Assembly: GCA_964408855.1 (NCBI GenBank)
Contig: CAYPBB010000012.1
Span: 19,321-83,320, forward strand
Direction: 5' to 3'
Length of the DNA stretch: 64,000 bases
DNA from: an uncultured Ectothiorhodospiraceae bacterium
Lineage (GTDB): Bacteria > Bacteroidota > Ignavibacteria > SZUA-365 > GCA-2699105
Part shown: positions 19,497-28,835 of the stretch, piece by piece
How the letters are laid out: each line of letters starts with the position of its first letter
Numbering within the stretch: the stretch's first letter is position 1
Program-made: the position numbers and the translations under genes
The notes under the pieces: generated by a model
Told to the model about the DNA's origin: nothing
The model's input: only the letters and a program-made list of their open reading frames with translations
The model's database searches: none

Positions 19497-20897
19497 TTGA
19501 GCGAATCAAAAACTACACAAGGAGCATCCGTACTTGTCGTCGACGACGAGAAACTGTTTCGTGATGTGCTCTGCTCCAAGCTCAACGACCACGGCTATGT
19601 TACAGATAAAGCCATCAACGGAATCGAGGCAATCAATAAAATACAGCGGCAGCAGTACGACGTTATCCTGCTCGATATTAAAATGCCCCGCGTCGACGGC
19701 ATCGAGGTGTTGAAGCACATTAACGAGAATACGCTCGGCTCGGAAGTCATTATGCTGACAACCTTTACCGATGTCCGCACCGCAGTCGAAACGGTGAAAC
19801 TCGGCGCGTACGACTACGTGACGAAACCCTACGATTTGTCGGAATTGCTTCAGACAATCGAACGGGCGCTCGAACACAGGAAGCTGAAACTCGAGAACGT
19901 GTACCTGAAATCGGAACTCGACCGCCGTCAGCAGGCAAAGAATGTTGTGGGCAGCAGCGGCTCGTTCCAGTCAATCCTCGAAACGATTTACAAAGTGGCT
20001 CCCACCGATAGCAACTTGCTGATTCAGGGACCCAGCGGATCGGGTAAAGAGGTAATCGCGAATCTTGCATTCAAGATGAGTTCGCGAAAAGACAAACCGT
20101 TCGTCGCGCTCGACTGCGCGTCGATTCCTGAAAATCTCCTTGAAAGCGAATTGTTCGGACACGAGAAGGGCGCATTTACCGATGCCCAGGTGCTGAAACA
20201 CGGCATGGTCGAGGTCGCCAACAACGGCACCCTGTTCCTGGACGAAATCGGGGAGGTCAGCATGAGCATTCAACCGAAGCTCCTGCGCTTTATCCAGACC
20301 GGCGAATTCCGCCGTATCGGCGGCACGCAGACGATGAAGGCGAATGTCCGCATCATTGCCGCGACCAACCGCAATCTGAAGGAAGCGGTGAAGAACGGCG
20401 CGTTTCGCGAGGATTTGCTCTTCCGTCTGAACGTGATCACACTGACTCTTCCATCGCTGGCCGAACGCCGCGAAGATATCCCGGAACTTGCCCAGCATTT
20501 CCTGCTCACCAAATCGCGCGGGAAAGAACCGAAACAGTTGACCGATGACGCAATGGAAAAGCTCCAGACCTATCATTGGCCGGGCAACGTCCGTGAATTG
20601 GAGAACGTCATCGAACGCGCCATCATTCTGACCTCGGGCGACCGAATCGACGCGCAGGATATCGTACTCGACTACGCCGCGGCCACGGAAATGGACGGCG
20701 TCACCGGAAGCGAGCTGGCAAAAATGTCGCTGAGCGATATCGAACGCATCCACATCGAGCGCGTTCTGAAGGAGACGAACTTCAGCAAAAAAGACGCCGC
20801 CGAGGTTCTTGGTATCAGCCTGCGTACGCTATACACGAAAATCTATGACTACCAGATTCCCGTACCTGGTAGCAGGGCCAACAAAGGCGACAGTTGA
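19497..20897 (+). CDS. Sigma-54-dependent response regulator of the NtrC family: REC, AAA+ and Fis-type HTH
   Basis: The REC domain reads VLVVDDE...DVILLDIKMPRVDG. Walker A is GPSGSGKE. The GAFTGA-type motif reads ELFGHEKGAFTDA. The C-terminal HTH reads AAEVLGISLRTLYTKI. The start is placed at an in-frame TTG 17 nt after the kinase stop; the track ORF starts at 19407. Confidence 0.85.
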   Translation: MSESKTTQGASVLVVDDEKLFRDVLCSKLNDHGYVTDKAINGIEAINKIQRQQYDVILLDIKMPRVDGIEVLKHINENTLGSEVIMLTTFTDVRTAVETVKLGAYDYVTKPYDLSELLQTIERALEHRKLKLENVYLKSELDRRQQAKNVVGSSGSFQSILETIYKVAPTDSNLLIQGPSGSGKEVIANLAFKMSSRKDKPFVALDCASIPENLLESELFGHEKGAFTDAQVLKHGMVEVANNGTLFLDEIGEVSMSIQPKLLRFIQTGEFRRIGGTQTMKANVRIIAATNRNLKEAVKNGAFREDLLFRLNVITLTLPSLAERREDIPELAQHFLLTKSRGKEPKQLTDDAMEKLQTYHWPGNVRELENVIERAIILTSGDRIDAQDIVLDYAAATEMDGVTGSELAKMSLSDIERIHIERVLKETNFSKKDAAEVLGISLRTLYTKIYDYQIPVPGSRANKGDS

Positions 20898-20947
20898 GGT
20901 TGCGAAGAGCAACTGCTTGATTTTCAACGAATTACAGACTGCAATTC

Positions 20948-23002
20948 ATGTCAGATACTCGTAAAAGAACTCTTGTAACGTCGGCTCTGCCGTACGCGAA
21001 CGGAGATGTTCATCTCGGACATCTCGCTGGCGCGTATTTACCCGCCGATATGTATGTCCGGTATCTTCGGGCCAAACAGGAAGATGTGCTCTTCATCTGC
21101 GGATCGGACGAACACGGCGTCAGCATCCTTATCTCGGCTACAAAGGAAGGCGTTTCACCGAACGAAATCATTGACCGCTATCATACGGCGAACAAACGCG
21201 CATTCGAACGCGTCGGAATGAGCTTCGATAATTATTCGCGAACTTCGCTGCCGGTGCACCACAAGACAGCCCAGGATTTTTTCCTCGAGTTTCATGAAAA
21301 GGGCGTCCTCGAATCAAAGGAAGAAGAACAGCTCTACGACGAAAAAGCTGAGATGTTCCTTCCCGACAGGTTCGTGACCGGTACCTGCCCGCATTGCGGT
21401 TTTGAACGCGCGTACGGCGACCAATGCGAAAATTGCAGCAAATACTACAAGCAGACCGAGCTTATCAATCCCCGCAGCCTTCTCTCCGATTCCACGCCCG
21501 TCATCAGGAAGGGCATTCAATGGTATTTCCCGCTGGGCAAATATCAGGAGCGCCTCGAACAGTACGTCGAACAGCACCGGCAGGACTGGAAGGATAATGT
21601 CTACGGGCAGGTGCAAAGTTGGCTGAAGGCGGGTCTTTCCGACCGGCCCATTACCCGCGATATGAACTGGGGCGTGCAGGTTCCGCTCGCCGACTCGAAC
21701 GGTAAGGTCATTTATGTATGGTTCGAAGCAGTTCTCGGCTATGTCTCCTCGACGAAGGAATGGGCGGAACGGCAGGGCGATCCGGATAAATGGAAGGAAT
21801 ACTGGTGTTCGAAGGATACCCGGTACCTTGCGTTTATCGGCAAGGATAACATCGTATTCCATTGCCTGATGTTCCCGGCAATGCTCATGGAAAAAGGGGA
21901 CTACGTTATACCGGATAATGTGCCGGCGAACGAATTCCTGAATCTCGAAGGAAAGAAATTCTCGAAGAGCATGAATTGGAGCATCGAACTGAACGAGTTT
22001 CTGGACCGCTTCCCGGCCGATTCGCTCCGGTATGCCCTCGCTCTCAATCTGCCCGAATCGAAGGATAGCGATTTTTACTGGAAGGATTTCCAGGCGCGGA
22101 ACAACAACGAGCTTGCCGATATTCTCGGCAATTTCGTGAACCGCACTTTTCACTTCGTGAAAAAGAATTTCGACGGTGCGGTTCCGCAATCTGGAACGCG
22201 CACGGCAGAGGACGATGCCTTTTTCGATGAACTCCGCCAGACGCGCGATGCCATTGCCGGATACTATGACCGCTTCCGTTTCCGCGACGCGGTAAACGCG
22301 ACAATGAACCTTGCGCGCATCGGAAATAAGTATTTCAACGATCAGGAACCGTGGAAGACCATCAAATCCGACCGCGGCCGTTGCGCAGCTACGTTGAACA
22401 ATTGCCTTCAGGCGATCTATGCGATGTCCGTATTGTTCGAGCCTGTAATACCCGAGTCGATGCAAAAGCTGCGAACCATGTTGAATGTCGATGACTCCAT
22501 GCAAATTGGTTGGACAACCGCGCTTGAATCGTCGTTGCCGGACGGGCATATACTCGGCGAAAGCGAGATTCTTTTCAAAAAGATCGAGGACGAACAGATC
22601 GAAGCCGAGATTCAGAGACTCGGTCCTACGGCAGTTCCGCAACCTGCGCCGGTAATCGAGTATCCTGCGCTGAAAGAACAGATCGCGATCGACGATGTGA
22701 CGAAGCTCGATCTGCGCACAGCAACCGTGCTCGAAGCCGAAAGAGTTCCAAAATCCAACAAGCTGATCAAACTGAAAGTGGATCTGGGTTTCGAAACCCG
22801 CCAGATTGTCGCAGGCATCGGACATAAATATACGCCCGGGGATCTGGTAGGAAAGTCCATCGTCGTTGTCGCCAATCTTGCGCCGGCAAAGCTGATGGGC
22901 GTTGAATCGCAGGGGATGTTGCTTGCCGCTTCGCTCGGCGAGGAAGGACCGGTAGTCATCACACCATCGGCGCAGATCGCGGACGGCAGCGTTGTGAAGT
23001 GA
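20948..23002 (+). CDS. metG: Methionyl-tRNA synthetase with a C-terminal tRNA-binding (EMAP/Trbp111-like) domain
   Basis: The HIGH region reads PYANGDVHLGHLAGAY. The KMSKS-like motif reads KKFSKSMNWS. There is a zinc knuckle (CPHCG...CENC). The C-terminal OB-type tRNA-binding domain reads LDLRTATVLEAERVPKSNKLIKLKVDLG. Confidence 0.95.
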   Translation: MSDTRKRTLVTSALPYANGDVHLGHLAGAYLPADMYVRYLRAKQEDVLFICGSDEHGVSILISATKEGVSPNEIIDRYHTANKRAFERVGMSFDNYSRTSLPVHHKTAQDFFLEFHEKGVLESKEEEQLYDEKAEMFLPDRFVTGTCPHCGFERAYGDQCENCSKYYKQTELINPRSLLSDSTPVIRKGIQWYFPLGKYQERLEQYVEQHRQDWKDNVYGQVQSWLKAGLSDRPITRDMNWGVQVPLADSNGKVIYVWFEAVLGYVSSTKEWAERQGDPDKWKEYWCSKDTRYLAFIGKDNIVFHCLMFPAMLMEKGDYVIPDNVPANEFLNLEGKKFSKSMNWSIELNEFLDRFPADSLRYALALNLPESKDSDFYWKDFQARNNNELADILGNFVNRTFHFVKKNFDGAVPQSGTRTAEDDAFFDELRQTRDAIAGYYDRFRFRDAVNATMNLARIGNKYFNDQEPWKTIKSDRGRCAATLNNCLQAIYAMSVLFEPVIPESMQKLRTMLNVDDSMQIGWTTALESSLPDGHILGESEILFKKIEDEQIEAEIQRLGPTAVPQPAPVIEYPALKEQIAIDDVTKLDLRTATVLEAERVPKSNKLIKLKVDLGFETRQIVAGIGHKYTPGDLVGKSIVVVANLAPAKLMGVESQGMLLAASLGEEGPVVITPSAQIADGSVVK

Positions 23003-23523
23003 TCTCCAAACCATTAATAGCGCAATCGAAACAGTATCCGGCAATACTGCCTAACTCCTTTCTGTTACTTGTGTTATTGCTCACTGTTTCATGCGACGAC
23101 CATGGGCTTGCCCCTGTACCCAGCGAAAAGCCGGGCTTCGGCGGGACAATTACCGTTGTTTCTGCATGGCCGCCCGCCGACAGCCTCGTCGATCTCAGAG
23201 TGGTCGCATTTGAAAAATACCCGCCCGAAAATATCCTGCTGGAGGTTGCGAGCGGCAGGGCGCTCATCTCAGCGCCGCTGCAGTTCAACATCGAACGCCA
23301 GAGTTACACCATTCCCGCCGATGGAATCGCCAAGACCTACAAGTATATAGCCGTGGCGCATCAATACGGCGACAGCCTTATGACGAACTGGCGCGCCGTG
23401 GGTGTGTACTCTGCCGAAGGCTTGCCTGAACAACCCTATGAAATCGCGCTCGACGGCTCGCGCTTTTTGGGAGATGTCGATATCAAGGTTGATTTCTACA
23501 ATCTCCCTCCTCAGCCGTTTTAA
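22999..23523 (+). CDS. Hypothetical lipoprotein
   Basis: There is a GTG start overlapping the metG stop. A lipobox-like signal follows (...FLLLVLLLTVSCDDH). No recognisable domain was seen. Confidence 0.45.
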   Translation: MISKPLIAQSKQYPAILPNSFLLLVLLLTVSCDDHGLAPVPSEKPGFGGTITVVSAWPPADSLVDLRVVAFEKYPPENILLEVASGRALISAPLQFNIERQSYTIPADGIAKTYKYIAVAHQYGDSLMTNWRAVGVYSAEGLPEQPYEIALDGSRFLGDVDIKVDFYNLPPQPF

Positions 23524-23664
23524 CGCCAAAAAGAGGTTAACGGCCCAGAACCCAAACACATCGACGCACGTTTTTGATAAAGTCCGCCGAAACTCGGATA
23601 TTGGTACGACGTACACAATCCACCAAACCGGCAGGTTGTTTTTATTCATTAACCGGAGTCAGCC

Positions 23665-23922
23665 GTGCAACCCCCTGTTGAACATTGGAGCGAAGAATCA
23701 ATCGAAGTCAAGGCGTATAAGTCTGTCGAAAGCGTCCCCACCGTTGAAATGAATGACAGCAACAGACTCGGATACTACGTGTACCTCTACCTTACCGGAC
23801 AGTATTCCTCACTGAAACAGGCTATCAAACTTGCACAGGCGCGGCTTCTGGTTTCCGAGGAGGAAGCTTTCAACAGAATCGCGAACCATCTTCAACAAGC
23901 AGGACTGGAAGTGCAGGCATGA
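23665..23922 (+). CDS. Small hypothetical protein, 85 aa
   Basis: The ORF shares a 4-nt ATGA overlap with the downstream zinc-ribbon gene. No recognisable motifs were seen. Confidence 0.35.
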   Translation: MQPPVEHWSEESIEVKAYKSVESVPTVEMNDSNRLGYYVYLYLTGQYSSLKQAIKLAQARLLVSEEEAFNRIANHLQQAGLEVQA

Positions 23923-24134
23923 ACGAGAATACTTCGCATGCCGGGCAGTTGCGGGATGAAATGCGCCTTTGCCCACAATGCGGCTATGAAATTGCCAATC
24001 CAATGACCGACCGGTGTCCCCGCTGTTTTGCGCCCGTGGCGCGGCGCGAGGTGAATTGCGGAAGTTGTACCCATCAGGGGAATTGCGAATTCGCACACCT
24101 GCAGGCGTCGTTGAACCGTACGAAACAACACTGA
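23919..24134 (+). CDS. Small zinc-ribbon protein, 71 aa
   Basis: It carries CPQCG...CPRCF...NCGSC cysteine pairs. It is translationally coupled to the upstream ORF. Confidence 0.5.
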   Translation: MNENTSHAGQLRDEMRLCPQCGYEIANPMTDRCPRCFAPVARREVNCGSCTHQGNCEFAHLQASLNRTKQH

Positions 24135-24156
24135 ACTTTTATATAATGGTGTAAAT

Positions 24157-24549
24157 ATGACCATCAAAGAAACAATTCAAGGCGATGTCGTGATACTTTC
24201 CCTCAAGGGAAATCTCATGGGCGAGCCCGAGACCTCCGAGCTTCGGGATAAAATAAAAGGACTTCTGACCGACGGCTTTCTGAAAATCGTGCTCGACGCA
24301 TCGGGCGTCAAATGGATGAACAGCTCCGGACTGGGCGCCATTATCTCCGCGCTTACGTCGGTGAATAACAAAGGCGGCGATATACGCATCGCACATGTGA
24401 CCGAAAAAATCAAAAGCCTGTTCATGATCACCCAACTTATCAAGGTGTTCAAGACGTTCGATTCGAACGAACGCGCCGTCGCGAGCTTCATTGTCGATCC
24501 AATAAAGGGCGTCGCGCAGCCTTCCGAGGAAGTGCCGCCCGAGGAATAG
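24157..24549 (+). CDS. STAS-domain anti-sigma-factor antagonist (SpoIIAA-like)
   Basis: The STAS signature reads VVILSLKGNLMGEPE...KIVLDASGVKWMNSSGLGAIISAL. It is about 130 aa. Confidence 0.75.
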   Translation: MTIKETIQGDVVILSLKGNLMGEPETSELRDKIKGLLTDGFLKIVLDASGVKWMNSSGLGAIISALTSVNNKGGDIRIAHVTEKIKSLFMITQLIKVFKTFDSNERAVASFIVDPIKGVAQPSEEVPPEE

Positions 24550-24564
24550 CATCATTCTCGACAC

Positions 24565-24597
24565 AAAAAAAGGCGCTCCCACAAAGCGCCTTTTTGG
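24565..24597. terminator. Bidirectional intrinsic terminator
   Basis: The sequence is aaaaaaaggcgct-cccacaa-agcgccttttt. The stem is flanked by an A-run on one side and a T-run on the other, and lies between convergent genes ending at 24549 and 24701. Confidence 0.7.
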
Positions 24598-24700
24598 TTT
24601 CATCCACATCATTCACGGGAGGGATAGAGCAGTCATTCAATCCATTTTGTTCGACTATCGTCCCGCACCAATAAGACCATTGTAACGACGAAAAATCACG

Positions 24701-25567
24701 CTACCAGCGCGCAATTACTGTCGCGCGCGCTACGCTTCCCGAATGCACAATAACGCCGTATGCTCCGCGGGGCAACGATTGCAGTCCGATTGTCATTCGC
24801 GTTGCATTCGCCTCATACTCTGCAATGGTTTTACCGAGCATGTCAACAAGCAAGACCGACACTCCCGGCTGCGGTTGCGCTGGAAAGCTGACATAGAGTG
24901 TACTCCCTGTAGAGTAGACTTGAATATCCTCTGACAGTATGCTATGCGGGTCGACGCTGCTGACGCCGTTATCTCCCGCAGTGATTGGGGTCCCCGGCGT
25001 TGTCTGCACGGCACAATCCTTGATCTTCATGTTGGGAATATGCTCAGGTATATCGAGCCGTACCCAGCCGTAACACAATCCACCCTGTGTCTGGACGGCG
25101 ACGCCGAGGTAATGATCCATCGCGCCGTCCCATTCAAGACCCGTGAGATCGTTCATCGTGAACAGGATCGAGTTCTGGATCGCGTTGGTGTTCTTCCATG
25201 TACCAGTGGATGAAGGCCCGATGACCGCGCCGAAATCCAGCGCGGCGGCGGTGGTGCCCCATTCGACGAGCATCACACTTTGGACGTCGCCCGCGGTATT
25301 CCAGGCAACTCCGGACAGCAATCCAAACTGCCCCTGCGAGTGAGAGAAGATCAGGTCGTCGCGTCCGTCGCGGTTGAGATCGAGCGAGTATTCGCCGGGA
25401 TTGCCGATTGCCCTGGCAGCGATCACAGTATCCGGTGCGATGTCGGTGTAGAGAATTTGGCCTTCGAGAAGGGAAGGAGAGAGGAGAAGCGCCAGCACGC
25501 AGACCGGCAACAACGCAGTATAACTGTATTTCATAATTACCCCGTAGTGTGATGTTGTAAACTGCAA
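24701..25567 (-). CDS. Secreted protein with an FG-GAP/VCBS-like motif and a T9SS-type C-terminal sorting domain
   Basis: It has a signal peptide (LLPVCVLALLLSPSLLEGQ). A DLNRDGRDDLIF block is present. The C-terminal roughly 70 aa (LYVSFPAQPQPGVSVLLVDMLGKTIAEYE...LPRGAYGVIVHSGSVARATVIARW) resemble Por-secretion tail domains. Confidence 0.5.
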   Translation of the reverse strand: MQFTTSHYGVIMKYSYTALLPVCVLALLLSPSLLEGQILYTDIAPDTVIAARAIGNPGEYSLDLNRDGRDDLIFSHSQGQFGLLSGVAWNTAGDVQSVMLVEWGTTAAALDFGAVIGPSSTGTWKNTNAIQNSILFTMNDLTGLEWDGAMDHYLGVAVQTQGGLCYGWVRLDIPEHIPNMKIKDCAVQTTPGTPITAGDNGVSSVDPHSILSEDIQVYSTGSTLYVSFPAQPQPGVSVLLVDMLGKTIAEYEANATRMTIGLQSLPRGAYGVIVHSGSVARATVIARW

Positions 25568-25669
25568 AACGTTTCGTGATTATTTCATACATTATGAAAT
25601 TGAATTGGAGAATAGCTTTCGCAATTTGATATGTAAAGAGAACTAGTGTCTATCTTTGATTCTTATCTT

Positions 25670-28600
25670 TCAGAGAATAGAAATATTGCGAGCTAGAGGA
25701 CCATGGTAGTTGAACCATATTTCAAACGAAACCTTTGCATTAATATACAATTTATCAAATACCAAATGATCTACATACTTCATTGTGATGTATATGCTAT
25801 CTCCAAATGCATCTCTTGTTATATATCCATACGAGCCACCTAAAGATTTGACCTTGCCAGTAAATATAATGTTTGTAGTATTCTTTAGTGGAAAGCGAGC
25901 TTTTTTTGCAATTGATTGATCAAGTCTCTGAATTTTCAAATTATCAAATATTTCTTGCGCTTCGTCGATTTTGTTATCTTGGTAAAGGAAGCGTGCATAT
26001 AGGAATTGTGCGTCATATCGTTTGTCACCTTTTACGAATGAATTTCTTAGTAAGTGCAATATTTCCAATGTTTCATGTTTCCGTTCGCATAGATATAAAG
26101 CGAGTTGATAAAATGCATCTTTTGCTAATGGATTGTGATCAACACATGCTCGCAGAGTAACTACAGCCTGTTCTTCTTTACCTGCAGATCTATATAGTTT
26201 AGCAAGCCGAATAGCATTGTATTGATTTCGGGGATTTCCATAAAATGCGCTTTCCATTGATTTTATAGCACTTGGGTAATCATTCATTAATTGATAATAC
26301 TTTGATTCGAAATCCTTTATGAATTCCTCGTCACGATGTTTTTGCAATGTATCGAACAATACTCTTTCGATTTCCTTAGCAATTTCATTAACATCGATTG
26401 TCTCATCGTTCACTTTTAGAGCTTGTTCGAACTGGCTCAGCAATATTTTTAAAAGTGTATGGGTTGAGTATAAATCATCAGGATTCGATCGAATCATATC
26501 CTTGACCATTTTTTTTGATTTGTGACGATATGATTCCCTTGTGTGAAGATCGCGCTCCAATTCTGATCTCCAGAAATATATTTCAGACATCGTATGATCA
26601 ATTGTACTGTTACGTGGAGCCAAAGACTTTGCGCGTTTGATGTGTGTTAGTGCCTTATCAAAATTTTTATTTTTGCGCTTCATTTCAAAGATTGCTCTCT
26701 GTTGCCAATAGTAATCAGAGTTTCTATATGATTCTTCTAGGGAGAAATAGAGTTTTTCTGAGTTGTCATCATTTGGAAACATATCTCTTATTGCGGCTGC
26801 TTTGATTAACCCCCTGAATGCCTTATAATCTGACGAGTAGTCCAAATCCAAAGTAAGCAATATCTTTTCGAGTTGATCGTATTTATCGTCTTGATCTATC
26901 AGCACTCTTTCAAATACCTCATTCGCAATATGTGGATGTCGCGCAACATAATTAATGTCTCCAGTTTTACGTGAATATATACTATAGATTATACTTTCAA
27001 GTGGTTTAAATATGCAGGTCTCGAATTCATCGAAGGCAATATTATGAACTCTACTGATAAAACCAGCACGCACCTCAACATTTAATCGATGCAATACGCA
27101 TATTGTCAAATAAACTTTTTTCGCGGATTCGTTTGTGATAGAATTGTACTCATCCAATATTATATCAGAAAAAGGCTTGCCTAACGTCGCTTCATGAAGT
27201 GCTACCAATAGTTGACGTCCGCTTCTGCTCTCCAGTTCCTTGTAACGTTCTTCTGTGGCTAATGACGACAAATAGCCCAATGAATTGTGCGTTTCAAGCA
27301 ATTTTAACAACTCAGTGATTTCTGATCGAGACAAATATTCGAGATCATACGATTTCGTTACCATGGAATTGATCATGTCACGTTTATCATTCAACTCATT
27401 ATAGCGATCGGTCGCAAATATTGTTATCGGTAGATCGTCTTGAATTGCAGCTTTTAGTATTGATGAAATGGTGTCCATCCATGTGGATGCAGAGTCAATA
27501 AATAAATATATACGATCGCCGCATAGTTCGTAAAGTTCTTTGATAGCTTTGTAATCTGGAGAAGCATCGTTTCGCAGGTAAAGGCACAAAACATCGTAAG
27601 CCACTGCACCATCCCATGCCATTCTGCGAAGAAGAATGGACTTCCCAGAACCAGCATAGCCCTGTATTAGTATTAATTGCTGATTGTAGCTGCAAATGTC
27701 TTCAGCATCGAGAAATATATCAGTTTCGATTCGATACGCCAAATCACGTTTAACATCAAGATTGCACTCGATTGGAGCCCAATTGTTTGAATACCCTCTG
27801 TAGAAATCTTTTGGCGAAACAGTTTCCTTGTTCATTGATGCATGGACAAATTCGAAATCGCGATTTAGTAATATATTGATCATATCACTATGAGCCAGAT
27901 CAGTTCCACCTCTGTACCGCCTTTTAATTGGATGATCAACTTCTATGACTTTTGTAAGTAGAGACTTGTTAGCGTCGCTTATTTCATGATTCAGTGCAAT
28001 CATGAAATTTCCAAAAGTAGCATTGATCGTTGTCACTCGCTTGGATTCCCAATAACGAACTACTTCCTCGCTGATATTTGGGGCAACATAATAATATCGC
28101 GGCCTGGATATTGCCATTCTATCCATTCTATTTAAAAATATCCGAATATCGCTGTCATCCAAACTAGAGCCAATAAATACAATTGGATACCGCCGTCCAT
28201 GTTCCTCGAGTTTTGTAAATAAACTATTCCTGTTATTTTCATAATTTGCATATTGGTCGTGATCTAGAATAAGGGGTGTATTGATGTCATATATATTGTC
28301 AATACATCCATGTAGTTTGACATACATCAAATAGCTCTCATCTATTAGCAGCTCCTCAACTCGTTCGCCATCTTTTTTGAAAACAGCTAACTTTTGTACT
28401 GATTTTTTGCATTCATCGTATGCATTCTCTATTATCAAATCGTAGTTAATAGTGAAAATAGCTTTCCAAGGTATTTCCGGAAGAAGTAAATGGCATTTTG
28501 CAGGCATGAACGATTTAAAAATCTCTCTGATATATTCTTGAACGCTTATTAGATCATGTTCACTTATTGCTAAGCCAGCAACAGTTGCCAAATTGGAAGT

Positions 28601-28768
28601 ATTATATTTCCCAGATAGAAATCGTGTACTAAGCATTTTCGCGAGATCACTTGATAGAGGTGGCTTACTCCCATCGTTTGAGCGAGCGTCTCTTGTAACC
28701 CCAGCTCCAAAAAAAAGTACTACTTTTCTTTCGAGAATATTATTGAGCAATGTATCGGGTATATTCAT
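25670..28768 (-). CDS. SIR2-like domain, STAND-type P-loop NTPase and TPR-like helical array with a cold-shock-like C-terminal domain (1032 aa); candidate antiphage defence protein
   Basis: The N-terminal SIR2-type Rossmann domain has VVLFFGAGVT, FTINYD and KLHGC motifs. Walker A (QGYAGSGKS, residues 370-377) and Walker B (RIYLFIDSAS) are present. A long helical-repeat C-terminal half follows. The last roughly 65 aa (GKVKSLGGSYGYITRDAFGDSIYI) look like a cold-shock domain. The gene is markedly AT-rich compared with its flanks. Confidence 0.8.
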   Translation of the reverse strand: MNIPDTLLNNILERKVVLFFGAGVTRDARSNDGSKPPLSSDLAKMLSTRFLSGKYNTSNLATVAGLAISEHDLISVQEYIREIFKSFMPAKCHLLLPEIPWKAIFTINYDLIIENAYDECKKSVQKLAVFKKDGERVEELLIDESYLMYVKLHGCIDNIYDINTPLILDHDQYANYENNRNSLFTKLEEHGRRYPIVFIGSSLDDSDIRIFLNRMDRMAISRPRYYYVAPNISEEVVRYWESKRVTTINATFGNFMIALNHEISDANKSLLTKVIEVDHPIKRRYRGGTDLAHSDMINILLNRDFEFVHASMNKETVSPKDFYRGYSNNWAPIECNLDVKRDLAYRIETDIFLDAEDICSYNQQLILIQGYAGSGKSILLRRMAWDGAVAYDVLCLYLRNDASPDYKAIKELYELCGDRIYLFIDSASTWMDTISSILKAAIQDDLPITIFATDRYNELNDKRDMINSMVTKSYDLEYLSRSEITELLKLLETHNSLGYLSSLATEERYKELESRSGRQLLVALHEATLGKPFSDIILDEYNSITNESAKKVYLTICVLHRLNVEVRAGFISRVHNIAFDEFETCIFKPLESIIYSIYSRKTGDINYVARHPHIANEVFERVLIDQDDKYDQLEKILLTLDLDYSSDYKAFRGLIKAAAIRDMFPNDDNSEKLYFSLEESYRNSDYYWQQRAIFEMKRKNKNFDKALTHIKRAKSLAPRNSTIDHTMSEIYFWRSELERDLHTRESYRHKSKKMVKDMIRSNPDDLYSTHTLLKILLSQFEQALKVNDETIDVNEIAKEIERVLFDTLQKHRDEEFIKDFESKYYQLMNDYPSAIKSMESAFYGNPRNQYNAIRLAKLYRSAGKEEQAVVTLRACVDHNPLAKDAFYQLALYLCERKHETLEILHLLRNSFVKGDKRYDAQFLYARFLYQDNKIDEAQEIFDNLKIQRLDQSIAKKARFPLKNTTNIIFTGKVKSLGGSYGYITRDAFGDSIYITMKYVDHLVFDKLYINAKVSFEIWFNYHGPLARNISIL

Positions 28769-28796
28769 GTTGGCATGATATTTGTTAAATAAATAG

Positions 28797-28835
28797 ATAC
28801 TTGACAGCTAAAACATTGAATTAGCTGTCAAGTAT
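28797..28835 (-). repeat. Perfect 14-bp inverted repeat (atacttgacagcta ... tagctgtcaagtat), a candidate terminator or operator at the island boundary
   Basis: The inverted repeat was read directly from the sequence. It lies between the YbjN-like stop (28846) and the SIR2-STAND start (28768). Confidence 0.5.

Noticed and set aside
17806-20753. Several 200-290-aa minus-strand ORFs (17806..18486, 18517..19395, 19971..20753)
   Set aside because: They are all antisense to the histidine kinase and NtrC-type regulator genes, which have strong motif support.
21314-23044. 576-aa ORF on the minus strand
   Set aside because: It is entirely antisense to metG, which has unambiguous aaRS motifs. High-GC genomes generate long spurious antisense ORFs, and it has no recognisable motifs.
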